Positions 18,102 through 28,269 of a DNA stretch of 64,000 nucleotides are shown here, piece by piece. The stretch lies in NCBI GenBank assembly GCA_965228735.1, contig OZ245838.1:7072001-7136000 (forward strand), in the 5' to 3' direction. A program made the position numbers and the translations under genes. The notes under the pieces were generated by a model that saw only the letters and a program-made list of their open reading frames with translations, did no database searches and was not told where the DNA came from. The stretch is from Planctomycetota bacterium. Its GTDB lineage: Bacteria > Planctomycetota > UBA1135 > UBA2386. Positions within the stretch are counted from its first letter, which is position 1, and every line of letters begins with the position of its first letter.

Positions 18102-20261
18102 TCAGCCGGCGTTCTTGCGGCGCCGCGCCGGACGCTTGGGCGCGCGCCGTTGCGCATCGCGACTCGGAGGCTCGAGGTCGAACGGCTCGCCGTTCTGCGT
18201 GCGGCAGAGGATCCGCTGGTGCCCGTCGATCACCGCCGGCCGGAGCACCACGCCGCGGGTGCAGAGCTCCGCGACCTGTTGCCGCGTCAGCGTCAGGCCG
18301 CGGTAGACCTTGGGCAGGCGGAACTCGCAGTTCTCGCGCCATCGCGAGCACCCGTACGCCTTCTGGCCCTCGACGACCGGCGCCTGGCAGCGCGGGCAGT
18401 TGCCGAGCGAATTGCTCGCGACCGGGGCCAGGCCGCCGCCGACGATCTGCTCCGTGCTGCTCACGATCTCCGCCATGAACTCGTCGCGGGCGCGCTGTCC
18501 GCGTTCGATCTGACCGAGCTTGAACTCCCACTCACCGGTCAGCTCCGGTGACTTGAGAACGGGCGACGCGATGATCGCGACGAGGTAGCGGCCGAGGTCG
18601 GTGACGCGCAGCGCCTTCTTGTCGCGGCGGATGTAGCGGCGCGACAACAGCGTCTCGACGATCGCCGCGCGCGTTGCCGGGGTGCCGAGGCCGCGGCCGC
18701 GCATCGCCTCGCGCAGCTGCTCGTCGTCCACGAGTTTGCCCGACGTCTCCATCGCCGCGAGCAGCGTGTTCTCGGTGAACGGGCGCGGCGGCTTGGTCTT
18801 GCCCTCGTGCAGCTCCGGCTCGTGGGGGCCGCTCTCGCCCTCGGTGAGCTCCGGCAGCTCCTGGGCGTCGTCGTCGTCGTCCGCCGGCTTCTTCTTGCTG
18901 CTCTTCTTCTTCGCCGCCTTCTTCGCCGTCTTTTTATGGGCCTCCTTCGGCTCGAGCGCGCTCCAACCCGGGTCGGTGATGACCACCCCGCGCGCGCGGA
19001 ACGGCACGTCCGCGGCGACCGCGTGCGCCGTCGTCACGTCCTGCTGCTTGTCGCCGAGGAACACCTGCACGAGGCGCGTCGCGACCGCGTCGAACACCTG
19101 CTGCTGTTCACCGGACAGCGCTTGGATCGCCCCCGTCGGCACGATCGCGTGGTGGTCGCTGACCTTGTTGTCGTCGAACACGCGCCGTGGTGCTGCACGC
19201 GGGCCGCGCTCGCCCTCGGGCGCGCCGCCGATCCAGTCCGCGAGGAGCTGCATCGCCTCCGGGTTCCAGCCACGCAGCTTGCCGAGCGTCTGCCGCACCG
19301 GCTCGATCATGTCCTTGCTCAGATGGCGACTGTCCGTTCGGGGGTAGGTCAGCAGCTTCTTCTCGTAGAGCTCCTGCGCGACCTCGAGCGTGCGCGCCGC
19401 GGACATGCCGTGGCGCTGGTTCATGTCGCGCTGCAGCTGCGTGAGGTCGTAGAGCAGCGGCGGCGGCTGCGACTCGCTCTTCTTCTCGATCTTCTGGATC
19501 GTGAGGGGCTCGCCCTCGACCTTCTGCAGCAGCTCGGCGGCCGGCTCCTGCTCGCGGAACCGGTCACCGGTGAACTTGAAGCGCGCCGCGCGATACTTCG
19601 TGCGCAGCTCCCAGAACGGCCGCGGATCGAACACCCGGATCTCGTCGTCGCGCTGCGCGATCATCGCGAGCACCGGGGTCTGCACGCGGCCGAGGCTCCA
19701 CAGCACGCTGCCGCCGCCGAACTTCACCGTGTAGGCTCGCGTCGCGTTGAGGCCGACGATCCAGTCGGCCTCGCTGCGGCTGCGCGCCGCGCTGTGCAGG
19801 TGCTCGTACTCGCGGCCCGACTTGCGCGACTCGAGCGCCTTCTTGATCGCCGTCTCGGTCAACGAGCTGAGCCACAGCCGCGTGTGCTCGCGTTCGGGGC
19901 AGCCCGCGTACTCGAGGATGTAGCGGAAGATGAGCTCGCCCTCGCGGCCCGCGTCCGTCGCGCACACGAGCTCGTCGGCGGTGCGGCAGAGCTCGGCGAC
20001 GATGTCGAGCTGCTCCTTGCGGCCGCTCGCGTCGGTCGGCTTGAGCTCGAAGCGCTGCGGCACGAACGGCAGCCGTTCGAGCGACCAACGCTTCAACGCC
20101 GGGTCGTACTCGTCGGGCGACTTGAGCGTCGCGAGGTGGCCGAGCGCCCAGGTGACGCGCCAGCCATTGCCCTCGAGGTAGCCGTCGCGGCGCTGGTTGG
20201 CCCCGAGGACCTTGGCGAGGTCCCTGGCAACCGACGGTTTCTCGGCCACGACGACGTTCAC
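18102..20261 (-). CDS. topB: DNA topoisomerase III
   Basis: VAEKPSVA, ATDAGREGELIF, SLGRVQTP, LTYPRTDS (active Tyr), DHHAIVPT, GLGTPATRA, C-terminal Zn ribbon. Confidence 0.95.
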   Translation of the reverse strand: MNVVVAEKPSVARDLAKVLGANQRRDGYLEGNGWRVTWALGHLATLKSPDEYDPALKRWSLERLPFVPQRFELKPTDASGRKEQLDIVAELCRTADELVCATDAGREGELIFRYILEYAGCPEREHTRLWLSSLTETAIKKALESRKSGREYEHLHSAARSRSEADWIVGLNATRAYTVKFGGGSVLWSLGRVQTPVLAMIAQRDDEIRVFDPRPFWELRTKYRAARFKFTGDRFREQEPAAELLQKVEGEPLTIQKIEKKSESQPPPLLYDLTQLQRDMNQRHGMSAARTLEVAQELYEKKLLTYPRTDSRHLSKDMIEPVRQTLGKLRGWNPEAMQLLADWIGGAPEGERGPRAAPRRVFDDNKVSDHHAIVPTGAIQALSGEQQQVFDAVATRLVQVFLGDKQQDVTTAHAVAADVPFRARGVVITDPGWSALEPKEAHKKTAKKAAKKKSSKKKPADDDDDAQELPELTEGESGPHEPELHEGKTKPPRPFTENTLLAAMETSGKLVDDEQLREAMRGRGLGTPATRAAIVETLLSRRYIRRDKKALRVTDLGRYLVAIIASPVLKSPELTGEWEFKLGQIERGQRARDEFMAEIVSSTEQIVGGGLAPVASNSLGNCPRCQAPVVEGQKAYGCSRWRENCEFRLPKVYRGLTLTRQQVAELCTRGVVLRPAVIDGHQRILCRTQNGEPFDLEPPSRDAQRRAPKRPARRRKNAG

Positions 20262-20324
20262 GCCGTCGCACCGTAGAGAACGGCGCAGCTATCGCAAGTC
20301 GCGAGCGTGCTGCCGTGCTCGGCC

Positions 20325-23300
20325 TTACCGCACGACGAAGTCGCGTTCGATCTCGGTGCGGCTCGCCGGGATCGTGAGAGGTTGATCACGCAGCGGCTGA
20401 CCCATGCCACGTGAGATCGCGATCGTGTAGCTCGGGCCGCGGGTCAGCACGATGCGAAAGCGGCCGTCCTTGCCCGTGCTCTGCCAGCCGCTCACGGGGT
20501 GGAGTTCGAGCGTGCCGCCGTGCTGCGGCACGTGCGTTCGGCCGCCGACGATCGCGCTGCCGACCGGCTTCTTGGCATTGTCGATCGTGCGACCCGTGAC
20601 CGTGACCTCCTCGCGACCGACGTAGCGGCCGTCGCGGAACGGCACGAGGTCGATTCGCACCGGCGTCGGATCCCGGCTCGGCAGCGCATCGCAGCGGAAC
20701 CTTTGTTTTTCGAACGGATTCCGCACATGCACGTACCGAGCGTTCGGGTCGGCGTGGAACGTGAGCGCCTGTTCGCGGGCGTCGAGGCCCTCGGCGCGGA
20801 AGCGCCCCTCGGCATCCGTGCGCACGCTGACGGTCGTGCCGTCCTGCCCTTGCCCATTCACGTAGACCCGCCCGTTCGCCAGCGGCTCGCCCGCGACGGT
20901 TACGACGCCCGCTACGGCGAGTCCGGTCCAGCGCAGCGTGAAGACGTATCCCGGCTGCGCGTCCTTCGGCAGCTGCAGTGACCAGCGGCGGCCGTCCGGC
21001 GCGGTCACGTACAGGTAGGCCTCCGGCACGAGATCCAAGGGCACGCTGCCGTCCGCCCCGACGTCGACCGGCTCGTGATCGGGAAGCTGCGCCGCGGACG
21101 CGCGGGCGCGGAAGCCCTGGAACCCGCCATCGGGCCCTTCGCCGGCGAACGCGAGGAACGGGCGGATCGTCGGGTTGGCGGGAATCCGCAGTTCAACGAC
21201 AGGTCGTTCGCCGGCCGCGGCTTCGATGGTCTCGACGATCGCACCGACCCACGAGTGCTCGGCTGCCTGCCGCGGCGCAAAGACCTTGAGCTGGCCCGGG
21301 GCGAACGGGCCGAGTACGGCCTTGCCGGTGGCGTCGGTGCGGGCGCGCCGCTGCTGATGATCGACGGTTCCGATGGCGACGTTGTGATCGGCGCGCGGCT
21401 TGCCGTCCGGGCCGACGACGTGGACCTCGACGTGCACGGCGCCCGCGAGGTCGATCACGCGGTCGTCGTCGTCAGCCGCCACCGCTACCGCGAACTGCGC
21501 TTCGCAGAGCTCGCCGACGAACACCTCGCACAGGTAGTTGCCGGCCGGCGCCGTGAGCTCGAACTGGCCCTCGCTCGTCGTAGTCGCCGCGTCGATCACG
21601 CACTCGGTGTTGTGCTGCCAGTTGAGCTGATTGAACGGGCGCAGCTGCACGTTGGCGCCGGCTACCGGGTCCGTTCCACGCACGACGCGGCCCGCGAAAC
21701 GGGCCGGCGCGCCGGGTTCGAGCTGGACCTCGTGCGGCTGCAGGTCGGCGCCGAAGAGCTCGATGCGTTGCAGGACCGCCGGCCGATACCCGTCGGCCCA
21801 CACCGTGACATCGAGCTGACTCGGAAACACACCGCGATGCTCCCGCGGCATCTCGAGCACCTGCTGCGCCCGGAACGGCGCGAGCGCGAACCAGCCGTCC
21901 TCGGCGTGGAACGTGCCGGTGTGTCGCGGCGTGCCGTTGTCGTCCGCCGAACGGATTCGGATCGTCTCGATCGGTCGCCCGGTCGCCTTGTCCGTGACAT
22001 GGATCCGCGCCCCGCCCCAACGCGTCACGTGCACGGTGCCCGCCTCGTCGGTCGACAGGCTCGTCGACGTGATCCAGCGTTGCCCGTTCTGCTTGATGAT
22101 GTTGCGGGTCACGGTCCACCCCGGCGTGAGGCACGTGACGCTGACGCTCGTTGCGCCGACCCGCGCCGTGAAGCGGCCCTTGCCGTCGGTCTCCGTGAAC
22201 CACTGGCCGCCCTCGCCTTCGAGTCGGAGCCGCAGCGGTTCGGGGACCAGTTGTTCGTGGTCGGTGAGCACGAACCCGACGAGCTCGCGCACGGGCCACA
22301 GGCTGATCGTGAGGGCCGCGTTCGTCGCGCCGTCCGTGCTCGTGGTCGAGCGGACCACGCCGAACCGCGGGCCAGAGGTTGGGTCACCCTCGAACGCGAA
22401 CCGGCGCGGCGCGCGGCCGTCGGCGCGGGCCTCGACCACGACGCCGGTCAGGGGGACCGGCAGTGCGCAGCGGCCGTCCGAGTCGGTCGTGCGGCGCAGC
22501 AGCGCTGGCTTGGTCTCGTCCCGAGGCGGCACGAGGAACGGGTGCTCGGCGCCGCGCAGCGTGACGTCGAGGGGCAGGTCCCGTGGGATGCGAACGGATT
22601 CGCCGAGGTCGTGGGGGATGCCGGTCGCACCCATCTGCGTGGTGCCGGCGAGCTCGCGCTGCAGCTCGAGCAGCGTGAGCTCGCGGGGGCCGAACAGCGC
22701 GAGGTCGGCGCCTTCGATCGGCTGTCTCGTCACGCCGTCGATCACCTGCACGTCGAGAGTCCAGGCCGCTTCGACGACGGCATCGACGACGGGGGCGGCG
22801 ACGCGCTCGGCGGCCGCGGGTGTCACGTTCCGGTCGCTGGCGCGCTTCGGCGTCGACGGCTCGACGGACGCCGGGGTGGGGGCGGGTGCCGCTACGTGAT
22901 CGGTCCGTGGCGTGTCGCTCTCGCCCGGCCACCAGGCCACGCCGAGAACGGTCACGCAGACGGCGACGAGCGCTGTGAGAACGACGGTTTGCTTGCTCAT
23001 GACGATTCCCAGAACGGTGATGCCGGCGCCCGTTGCGGCGACGGCGCCCGCGGCCGCCTTGGCCGCGGTGAGGCGCGCGCCGGCGGCGATGACCTCGGTG
23101 CGGATCGCGGCGAGCCCGCGCGTCGCGGTCATCGCGGTCGCGGCGAGGGCGGTGGCGAGTCCCGCCGGCAGCGCGCGCCGCGCCATCTCGAGGCCGCGGT
23201 GGATCTGCGAGCGCACGGTCGCCGGGCTGCGGTCGAGGACGAGCGCGATCTCGGCCGGCTCCATGCCGTGCACGAGGCGCAGCAGGGTCGGCTCGCGGAA

Positions 23301-23696
23301 CGGTTCGCGCAGGCGTTCGATCGCGTTGCGGGCCGTGTCCGACAGTTCGCGGTCCGCGACGCCGTCGGCCGGCTGCGGCTCAGTGCCCGAGACCTGATCG
23401 CCGTCCGCGCCGAGGTCGGGCGAGCGTCGACTGCGGCGACGCTCGCTCTTGGCCCGGTTGGTCAGGATCCCGGCAAGCCACGGCGTGACGGACCGCTTGC
23501 CCTCGAAGCGGTCGGCGCTCTCGATGGCGGCGAGGAACGTGTCCTGCAGCAGATCTTCGGCGGCGGCGACGTCGCGGGTCAGGTGCGACGCGAGGCGCAG
23601 CAGCTCCGGCGCGACCCGGTCGAACAGCTTCGCGAGGGCGTCGACCTGATCGCGGTCGCGCCAGCGCAGAAACAGTCGGGTCGCTCGGTCTCGCAT
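20325..23696 (-). CDS. ECF sigma-70 factor fused to a membrane helix and carboxypeptidase-regulatory-like repeats
   Basis: AEDLLQDTFL...PWLAGIL; LREPFRE...EIALVLDRSPATVRSQIHRG; TM VVLTALVAVCVTVLGVAWW; repeated beta-sandwich units. Confidence 0.88.
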   Translation of the reverse strand: MRDRATRLFLRWRDRDQVDALAKLFDRVAPELLRLASHLTRDVAAAEDLLQDTFLAAIESADRFEGKRSVTPWLAGILTNRAKSERRRSRRSPDLGADGDQVSGTEPQPADGVADRELSDTARNAIERLREPFREPTLLRLVHGMEPAEIALVLDRSPATVRSQIHRGLEMARRALPAGLATALAATAMTATRGLAAIRTEVIAAGARLTAAKAAAGAVAATGAGITVLGIVMSKQTVVLTALVAVCVTVLGVAWWPGESDTPRTDHVAAPAPTPASVEPSTPKRASDRNVTPAAAERVAAPVVDAVVEAAWTLDVQVIDGVTRQPIEGADLALFGPRELTLLELQRELAGTTQMGATGIPHDLGESVRIPRDLPLDVTLRGAEHPFLVPPRDETKPALLRRTTDSDGRCALPVPLTGVVVEARADGRAPRRFAFEGDPTSGPRFGVVRSTTSTDGATNAALTISLWPVRELVGFVLTDHEQLVPEPLRLRLEGEGGQWFTETDGKGRFTARVGATSVSVTCLTPGWTVTRNIIKQNGQRWITSTSLSTDEAGTVHVTRWGGARIHVTDKATGRPIETIRIRSADDNGTPRHTGTFHAEDGWFALAPFRAQQVLEMPREHRGVFPSQLDVTVWADGYRPAVLQRIELFGADLQPHEVQLEPGAPARFAGRVVRGTDPVAGANVQLRPFNQLNWQHNTECVIDAATTTSEGQFELTAPAGNYLCEVFVGELCEAQFAVAVAADDDDRVIDLAGAVHVEVHVVGPDGKPRADHNVAIGTVDHQQRRARTDATGKAVLGPFAPGQLKVFAPRQAAEHSWVGAIVETIEAAAGERPVVELRIPANPTIRPFLAFAGEGPDGGFQGFRARASAAQLPDHEPVDVGADGSVPLDLVPEAYLYVTAPDGRRWSLQLPKDAQPGYVFTLRWTGLAVAGVVTVAGEPLANGRVYVNGQGQDGTTVSVRTDAEGRFRAEGLDAREQALTFHADPNARYVHVRNPFEKQRFRCDALPSRDPTPVRIDLVPFRDGRYVGREEVTVTGRTIDNAKKPVGSAIVGGRTHVPQHGGTLELHPVSGWQSTGKDGRFRIVLTRGPSYTIAISRGMGQPLRDQPLTIPASRTEIERDFVVR

Positions 23697-23706
23697 TCGT
23701 TGGTTC

Positions 23707-23731
23707 TGGACTGGGGATGGGGGGGCGTTCC
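23707..23731 (-). promoter_or_regulatory. Putative ECF promoter, possibly autoregulatory
   Basis: Minus strand GGAAC-N15-GTCCA ending 10 nt before ATG 23696. Confidence 0.4.
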
Positions 23732-23862
23732 CGGATTCTCGCCAAAACCGTCAGCGCGTGCAGCGTGGGATCCCGCGCGCCGCATCCGATGAATACGAGC
23801 GTGTGACGAAGCGGGGACGGCAACGTTGCCCTCCGGCCGGCGGAACTCGCTACCCTGCGCCG

Positions 23863-24885
23863 ATGAACACCACGATCGGCAGCGGTCTCGCCGCGTTCGT
23901 TCTCGCCGGCGCGCTCCAGGCGCCGAACCTGCTCGCGCAGAATCACGTGTCGTATCCGCAGGACACGACGACGGGCGGCAACGGCAACAACATCGCGTTC
24001 GGCGTGAGTTCGGGTGCCAGCCTCGACGAAGGGCGGTATCAGCAGCTGATCCCGCGCACGCATCTGCCGAGCACGGGCGCCGTGATCCTCGGCGTGGAGG
24101 TCGTCTCGCGGGCGCTGCAGCCGCACACGCTCACGCACGAGTCGCTGCAGATCACGCTGAGCCACGACGCGCGGACGCAGCTCGATCCGAGCGCGGCGAC
24201 CAACCTGCCCGCGCCGGTCGTCGTGCTAGCAGTGCAGAACTTCAGCAACGCCTACGCCGCGGGGCAGTGGTCGGCGATCCAGTTCACGACGCCGTTCGTC
24301 TACGACGGGGTGAGTGACCTCGTGATCGACGTGCAGAAGGTGTTCGACCGATCGACGTCGACGGTGCCGGTCGGGGGCTCGAGCATGAGCCGAGCCGGCC
24401 ACCCGGGACGGCCCGACCTGCCGGACTCGCGCTGGGCATTCGGGTCGTACGGCAGCGGCGCTGCGACGAGCTCGACGTTGAACTTCTTCGGTGACCCGCT
24501 GCTGTTGCGTCTTCAGGTCGGCGGCCTGCCGACGACGGTGCTGCGCGGCGACCGGGTGGGCAACACCGGCAACTTCTTCGCGCTGGCCAACCCGTTCGAG
24601 GTCGAGGTGCGCGCGGCGAGCGGCGATCTGTTCGGGGTCTTCGCGTCGACGAGCTTCCAGGCACCGATGACCTTTCCGCTGCTGTCCGGCACGCTGCAGA
24701 TCACGCTGCCACAGACGCTGAAGGTCGGCCTGATGCCGGCAACCGGGGTCGATGTCACGACGATCACGCTGCCGAACAACAACGCGTTCGTCGGCACGCA
24801 CCTCACGTTCCAGTCCGGCGTCGTGCCGAGCGGCGCGGGCTCGGGGCTCTGGACCAACGCGACGGACATGTTCGTGAATCCGTAG
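23863..24885 (+). CDS. Secreted beta-rich protein with the shared terminal domain
   Basis: Signal peptide ending LLAQ; RYQQLI...FTTPFVYDGVSDLVID; C-terminal LPNNNAFVGTHLTFQ...WTNATDMFVNP. Confidence 0.8.
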   Translation: MNTTIGSGLAAFVLAGALQAPNLLAQNHVSYPQDTTTGGNGNNIAFGVSSGASLDEGRYQQLIPRTHLPSTGAVILGVEVVSRALQPHTLTHESLQITLSHDARTQLDPSAATNLPAPVVVLAVQNFSNAYAAGQWSAIQFTTPFVYDGVSDLVIDVQKVFDRSTSTVPVGGSSMSRAGHPGRPDLPDSRWAFGSYGSGAATSSTLNFFGDPLLLRLQVGGLPTTVLRGDRVGNTGNFFALANPFEVEVRAASGDLFGVFASTSFQAPMTFPLLSGTLQITLPQTLKVGLMPATGVDVTTITLPNNNAFVGTHLTFQSGVVPSGAGSGLWTNATDMFVNP

Positions 24886-24937
24886 CGCGATAGCGATCGC
24901 CGAAGCCGCCGCCGAACGTATGCTCCCTGCCCGATCC

Positions 24938-25300
24938 ATGAAGCAACTGCTGTCCCCGCTGCTCCTGCTGCTGTTTCTCCTGCTGGGCGCCTGCGCCTCC
25001 GCGCCGCCCGGCCGCACCGTGTACCTGCTCGGCGACTTCTCGCCCGCGAACGAACGCGCCGAGCTCGTGCGCTGGCTCGAAGCCAACGGCCACACGGTCG
25101 TGCAGACGATCGACGATTCGGTCGAACTCGTCGTCGTCGGCCGCAACCCGCGCGGCGCCGATGGCGCAGGCGCGGTGCCGCTCGACGAACTGCCGGACTA
25201 CAACACCGCGATCGCCCTCGACCTCGACCTCGTCGCGGCGCGCGACCTGCCGGCCCGCCTCGGCCACGGCGGGCCCTACGTGCCGACGGTCGATCGCTGA
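24938..25300 (+). CDS. Small lipoprotein, BRCT-like
   Basis: LLGAC lipobox; VYLLGDF...ELVRWLEANG..V...VELVVVG pattern resembles BRCT. Confidence 0.6.
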   Translation: MKQLLSPLLLLLFLLLGACASAPPGRTVYLLGDFSPANERAELVRWLEANGHTVVQTIDDSVELVVVGRNPRGADGAGAVPLDELPDYNTAIALDLDLVAARDLPARLGHGGPYVPTVDR

Positions 25301-25306
25301 CGGCGC

Positions 25307-26935
25307 TCAGTCGGGCAGCGTGATGTCACCGAGGTCGACGTCCGCGTTGACCGGCACTTCGAACTCGGTCAGCAGGGTGTGGTGGTCCTGCCAACCGACG
25401 CGCAGGTCGTGGCGGCCAGGGCGAACGGTGAACTCGAACGCGCCGGTCGCGTCGGAATGCCCGCCGCGACCGCCCCAGTCCAGGTGGTCGTGGGCGTGAG
25501 CGGTGATCAGCACCCGCGGCGCGGGTTCTCCGGACCGGGTCCGCAGAGTGCCGCGAGCCCGCTGTGGACGCCGAACTATGACCGGTTCGAGTTCCGTCGT
25601 GCGGCCGGCGGTGAGGCTGAAACGCGGACTCCTCCCCTGGAGTTCAAACTTCTCGACGGCGACGAACACGCCGTCGCCGATGTCCGCGTTGAGGCCCGCG
25701 AATGCGAATCGACCGGTCGCATCGGTGTCCGTCGTGAGGATCCGGCTCGTGTGCGGCCCACGCGGCGTTTGCCAGTGCAGGAAGAGCGTGGCCGATGCGC
25801 CGGCGAGTGGCGCGCCGTCCGCCGTCACGCACCGGCCAGTCACCCCGGCGGCGGCCGCAGTGTGGATGACGATCTCGTCACGGATCGGCGGGTAGCGATA
25901 CAGCATGTGGCGGCAGTGCAGGCTGCGTGCGGCCTCGGGATCGCGCTCGTCGACGACCCGGGGGCCGTCGCCGAGAGTCAGGACGATGTGATTGTCGTCC
26001 GGTGTGCGGCAGACGAACTCGAACCGACCTTCCCCATCCGTCGTGAGGCGATGATCGGGGCCGAAGTTCTCGTGGACGAGGACCACGTGCCCGGCGACGG
26101 GGGCGTCGCGCTCGTCGAGGACCCGGCCGCGCACGATCCGTTCGGGATACGGGCGAAACGTCGTGACCCAGTCGATCCGGCCCGGTCGCGGGTCCGGGTC
26201 GAGTCCCTGGTTGATCGGGTCCGGATACATCCCGTCACACCAGATCCCGGCCGAGAGTTCGAGGTCCGTCGGGAGACCCGCCAGCGTGACCTCGTCGGTC
26301 TCGTCGATCGTGCCCTCGATATGAAGGCTCGGGGGGTAGTTGGAGAAGAGGGTGTACCGCGTCGGCAGGTAGGCCCCTTCGCGCTCGATGCGAATGCGGA
26401 TCCAGCGCCCGTTGGCCGGCTCGAGCCGCAGGTCGAGCGTCGTATCCGATTCGACGACGCGTTCGAGAACGACCATCTGGTAACCGTTGCGCCACACGTT
26501 GAAGTGGTGACGACCTGGCTCCAGCTCGAGCGTGTAGCGCCCGTCCCGATCCGTGATGGCCTGCTCGTAGCTCATGCGAACGGCGACCTCCGGGATCGGG
26601 TCGCCATGCGTATCCGTGACCTGGCCCGTGATCGACACCGTGTTCGTGAACGCGAAGCTCAGCGCCTGGCCACCTGCTTCGCGGTCGTGGTGCCACCCGA
26701 CCAGGTCCTTGTGCCCCGGCTTCGAGACGACGAGGCGCGATCGGCGTTCGTCGTCGCCGGGGACCTCGAACGCGAACTCGCCACGTTCGTCGGTCGTGGT
26801 CGCGGCGGTCGCCGTCGTGGAGTCGCCGCGATAGAGCGTGACGGCCGCCCCCGCGAGCGGCTGCCCGTCGATGTCGACGACGAGGCCGGCCAGTTGGATC
26901 GGGGTTGCAGCGTTCTGTCCGTTCGGGCGCGGCAT
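25307..26935 (-). CDS. Carboxypeptidase-regulatory-like repeat protein (no clear signal peptide)
   Basis: About five G.V.D..G.P..GA.V...TD..G.F units. Confidence 0.8.
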   Translation of the reverse strand: MPRPNGQNAATPIQLAGLVVDIDGQPLAGAAVTLYRGDSTTATAATTTDERGEFAFEVPGDDERRSRLVVSKPGHKDLVGWHHDREAGGQALSFAFTNTVSITGQVTDTHGDPIPEVAVRMSYEQAITDRDGRYTLELEPGRHHFNVWRNGYQMVVLERVVESDTTLDLRLEPANGRWIRIRIEREGAYLPTRYTLFSNYPPSLHIEGTIDETDEVTLAGLPTDLELSAGIWCDGMYPDPINQGLDPDPRPGRIDWVTTFRPYPERIVRGRVLDERDAPVAGHVVLVHENFGPDHRLTTDGEGRFEFVCRTPDDNHIVLTLGDGPRVVDERDPEAARSLHCRHMLYRYPPIRDEIVIHTAAAAGVTGRCVTADGAPLAGASATLFLHWQTPRGPHTSRILTTDTDATGRFAFAGLNADIGDGVFVAVEKFELQGRSPRFSLTAGRTTELEPVIVRRPQRARGTLRTRSGEPAPRVLITAHAHDHLDWGGRGGHSDATGAFEFTVRPGRHDLRVGWQDHHTLLTEFEVPVNADVDLGDITLPD

Positions 26936-27104
26936 GGTGGCATCTGAGGTCGCGGATCGGCCGGGGAGGCGCGAGCGCGATCCTGCACTGCACCGCAGGA
27001 TAGTCGAGCCGGAGTGCTGCGAGTCCGGCAACCGCGGTGACGCTGGCCGGGTCGGTGACTATTCGCCGGTGTCGCTCGAATCCCTGGACCCTGGAGGCCT
27101 CCGT

Positions 27105-28220
27105 ATGCCCCGTTCGCTCTTCACGCCGTTCGCCGCTGCCCTGTTTGCCACGACGGCTCTGACGCAGACGTTCGTCGTCGACGCCCAGAATGGCCCCGGC
27201 ACGAACTTCACGACCATCGCCGCTGCCGTCGGCGCCGTGCCCGATGGCGCGACGCTGATCGTGCGGCCAGGGATCTACACCGGATTCTCCGTCGTCCAGA
27301 AAGGCGTGAACGTGCTCGCGGATCCGGGCGTCCATGTCTACTCGGGCATCACGATTCTCGAGGTCGGACCGCAACAGAAGGTCGTCATTCGCGGGGTGGA
27401 GTGGGGCAACCCGACCGGGGTCGGAACGTTGGCCGTGCGCGATTGTCGCGGCCCCGTCCTCGTCGAGGACTGCGCGGGGACGCCGGCCAACGCGCCGTTC
27501 GGCGGGACGATCTCGATCCAGGCCAGTGACTCCGTGCACCTCGCGCGGACCCTGGTCGTCAGTCCCCTGTTCGAGCCGGTCGAGACGTCGGGCAGCGACG
27601 TGACGATCACCGACAGCCAGCTGCGCGGCCCGATCGGCCGCACCGGTCTGCAGCAGATCGGTGGCCGCACGCGGATCAGCAATACCTACGTCGAGGGCGC
27701 TGGGAGCGTGCTGCCCGCGTCGCCGACGAGCGTCGTCGGCATGCTCGGCGGCGAACTGACCCTCGACGGCGACTCGGCGCTCGTCGGTGCCGCGCCCGTC
27801 ATGGTCGGCATCGAAGGCAACGGGAACGCGATCGTCGACCCCGGCGCGACGATCCTCTCGACGAATCGGATCGGCGCCGGGATCACCGAGTTCTCGCGCG
27901 CGCTCGCGCGCTGCTCGGCGTCGACCGCGGCGCTCGGCGGCACGGCCACCGCCACGATCGAAGGCCCGTCCGGCAGCTTCGCGGTGGCGCTCGCGGGCTT
28001 CGTCGGCGCCGCGCAGAACGTGCCGGGACCGATGTATCCGCTGTGGATCGACCTCGGGACGATGATCCCGGTGGTCAGCGGCGTCACCCCGCTGACGTCG
28101 AGCTACACGGTGCCGAACGCGGCGTGGGTGCGCGGCATCACGTTCGGTTGGCAGGGTCTGGTCTACGACCAGACGAACGGACTGCAGCTCAGCAACCCGG
28201 GCATCTACACGCACTGGTAG
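27105..28220 (+). CDS. Secreted beta-helix-like protein with the shared terminal domain
   Basis: GGAGG RBS; signal peptide; FTTIAAAVGAVPDGATLIVRPGIY (pectin-lyase-like start); C-terminal VPNAAWVRGITFGWQ...LSNP. Confidence 0.8.
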   Translation: MPRSLFTPFAAALFATTALTQTFVVDAQNGPGTNFTTIAAAVGAVPDGATLIVRPGIYTGFSVVQKGVNVLADPGVHVYSGITILEVGPQQKVVIRGVEWGNPTGVGTLAVRDCRGPVLVEDCAGTPANAPFGGTISIQASDSVHLARTLVVSPLFEPVETSGSDVTITDSQLRGPIGRTGLQQIGGRTRISNTYVEGAGSVLPASPTSVVGMLGGELTLDGDSALVGAAPVMVGIEGNGNAIVDPGATILSTNRIGAGITEFSRALARCSASTAALGGTATATIEGPSGSFAVALAGFVGAAQNVPGPMYPLWIDLGTMIPVVSGVTPLTSSYTVPNAAWVRGITFGWQGLVYDQTNGLQLSNPGIYTHW

Positions 28221-28269
28221 GAGCGTGCGCGAGCGCCGCGGGTCGCGGCAGTGGCCCGCGACCCGGCTG

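Noticed and set aside
15944..18157. 737-aa minus-strand ORF as a single gene
   Set aside because: Only the last about 85-89 codons look like protein (start of the selenoprotein candidate); the rest overlaps the glycosyltransferase in another frame.
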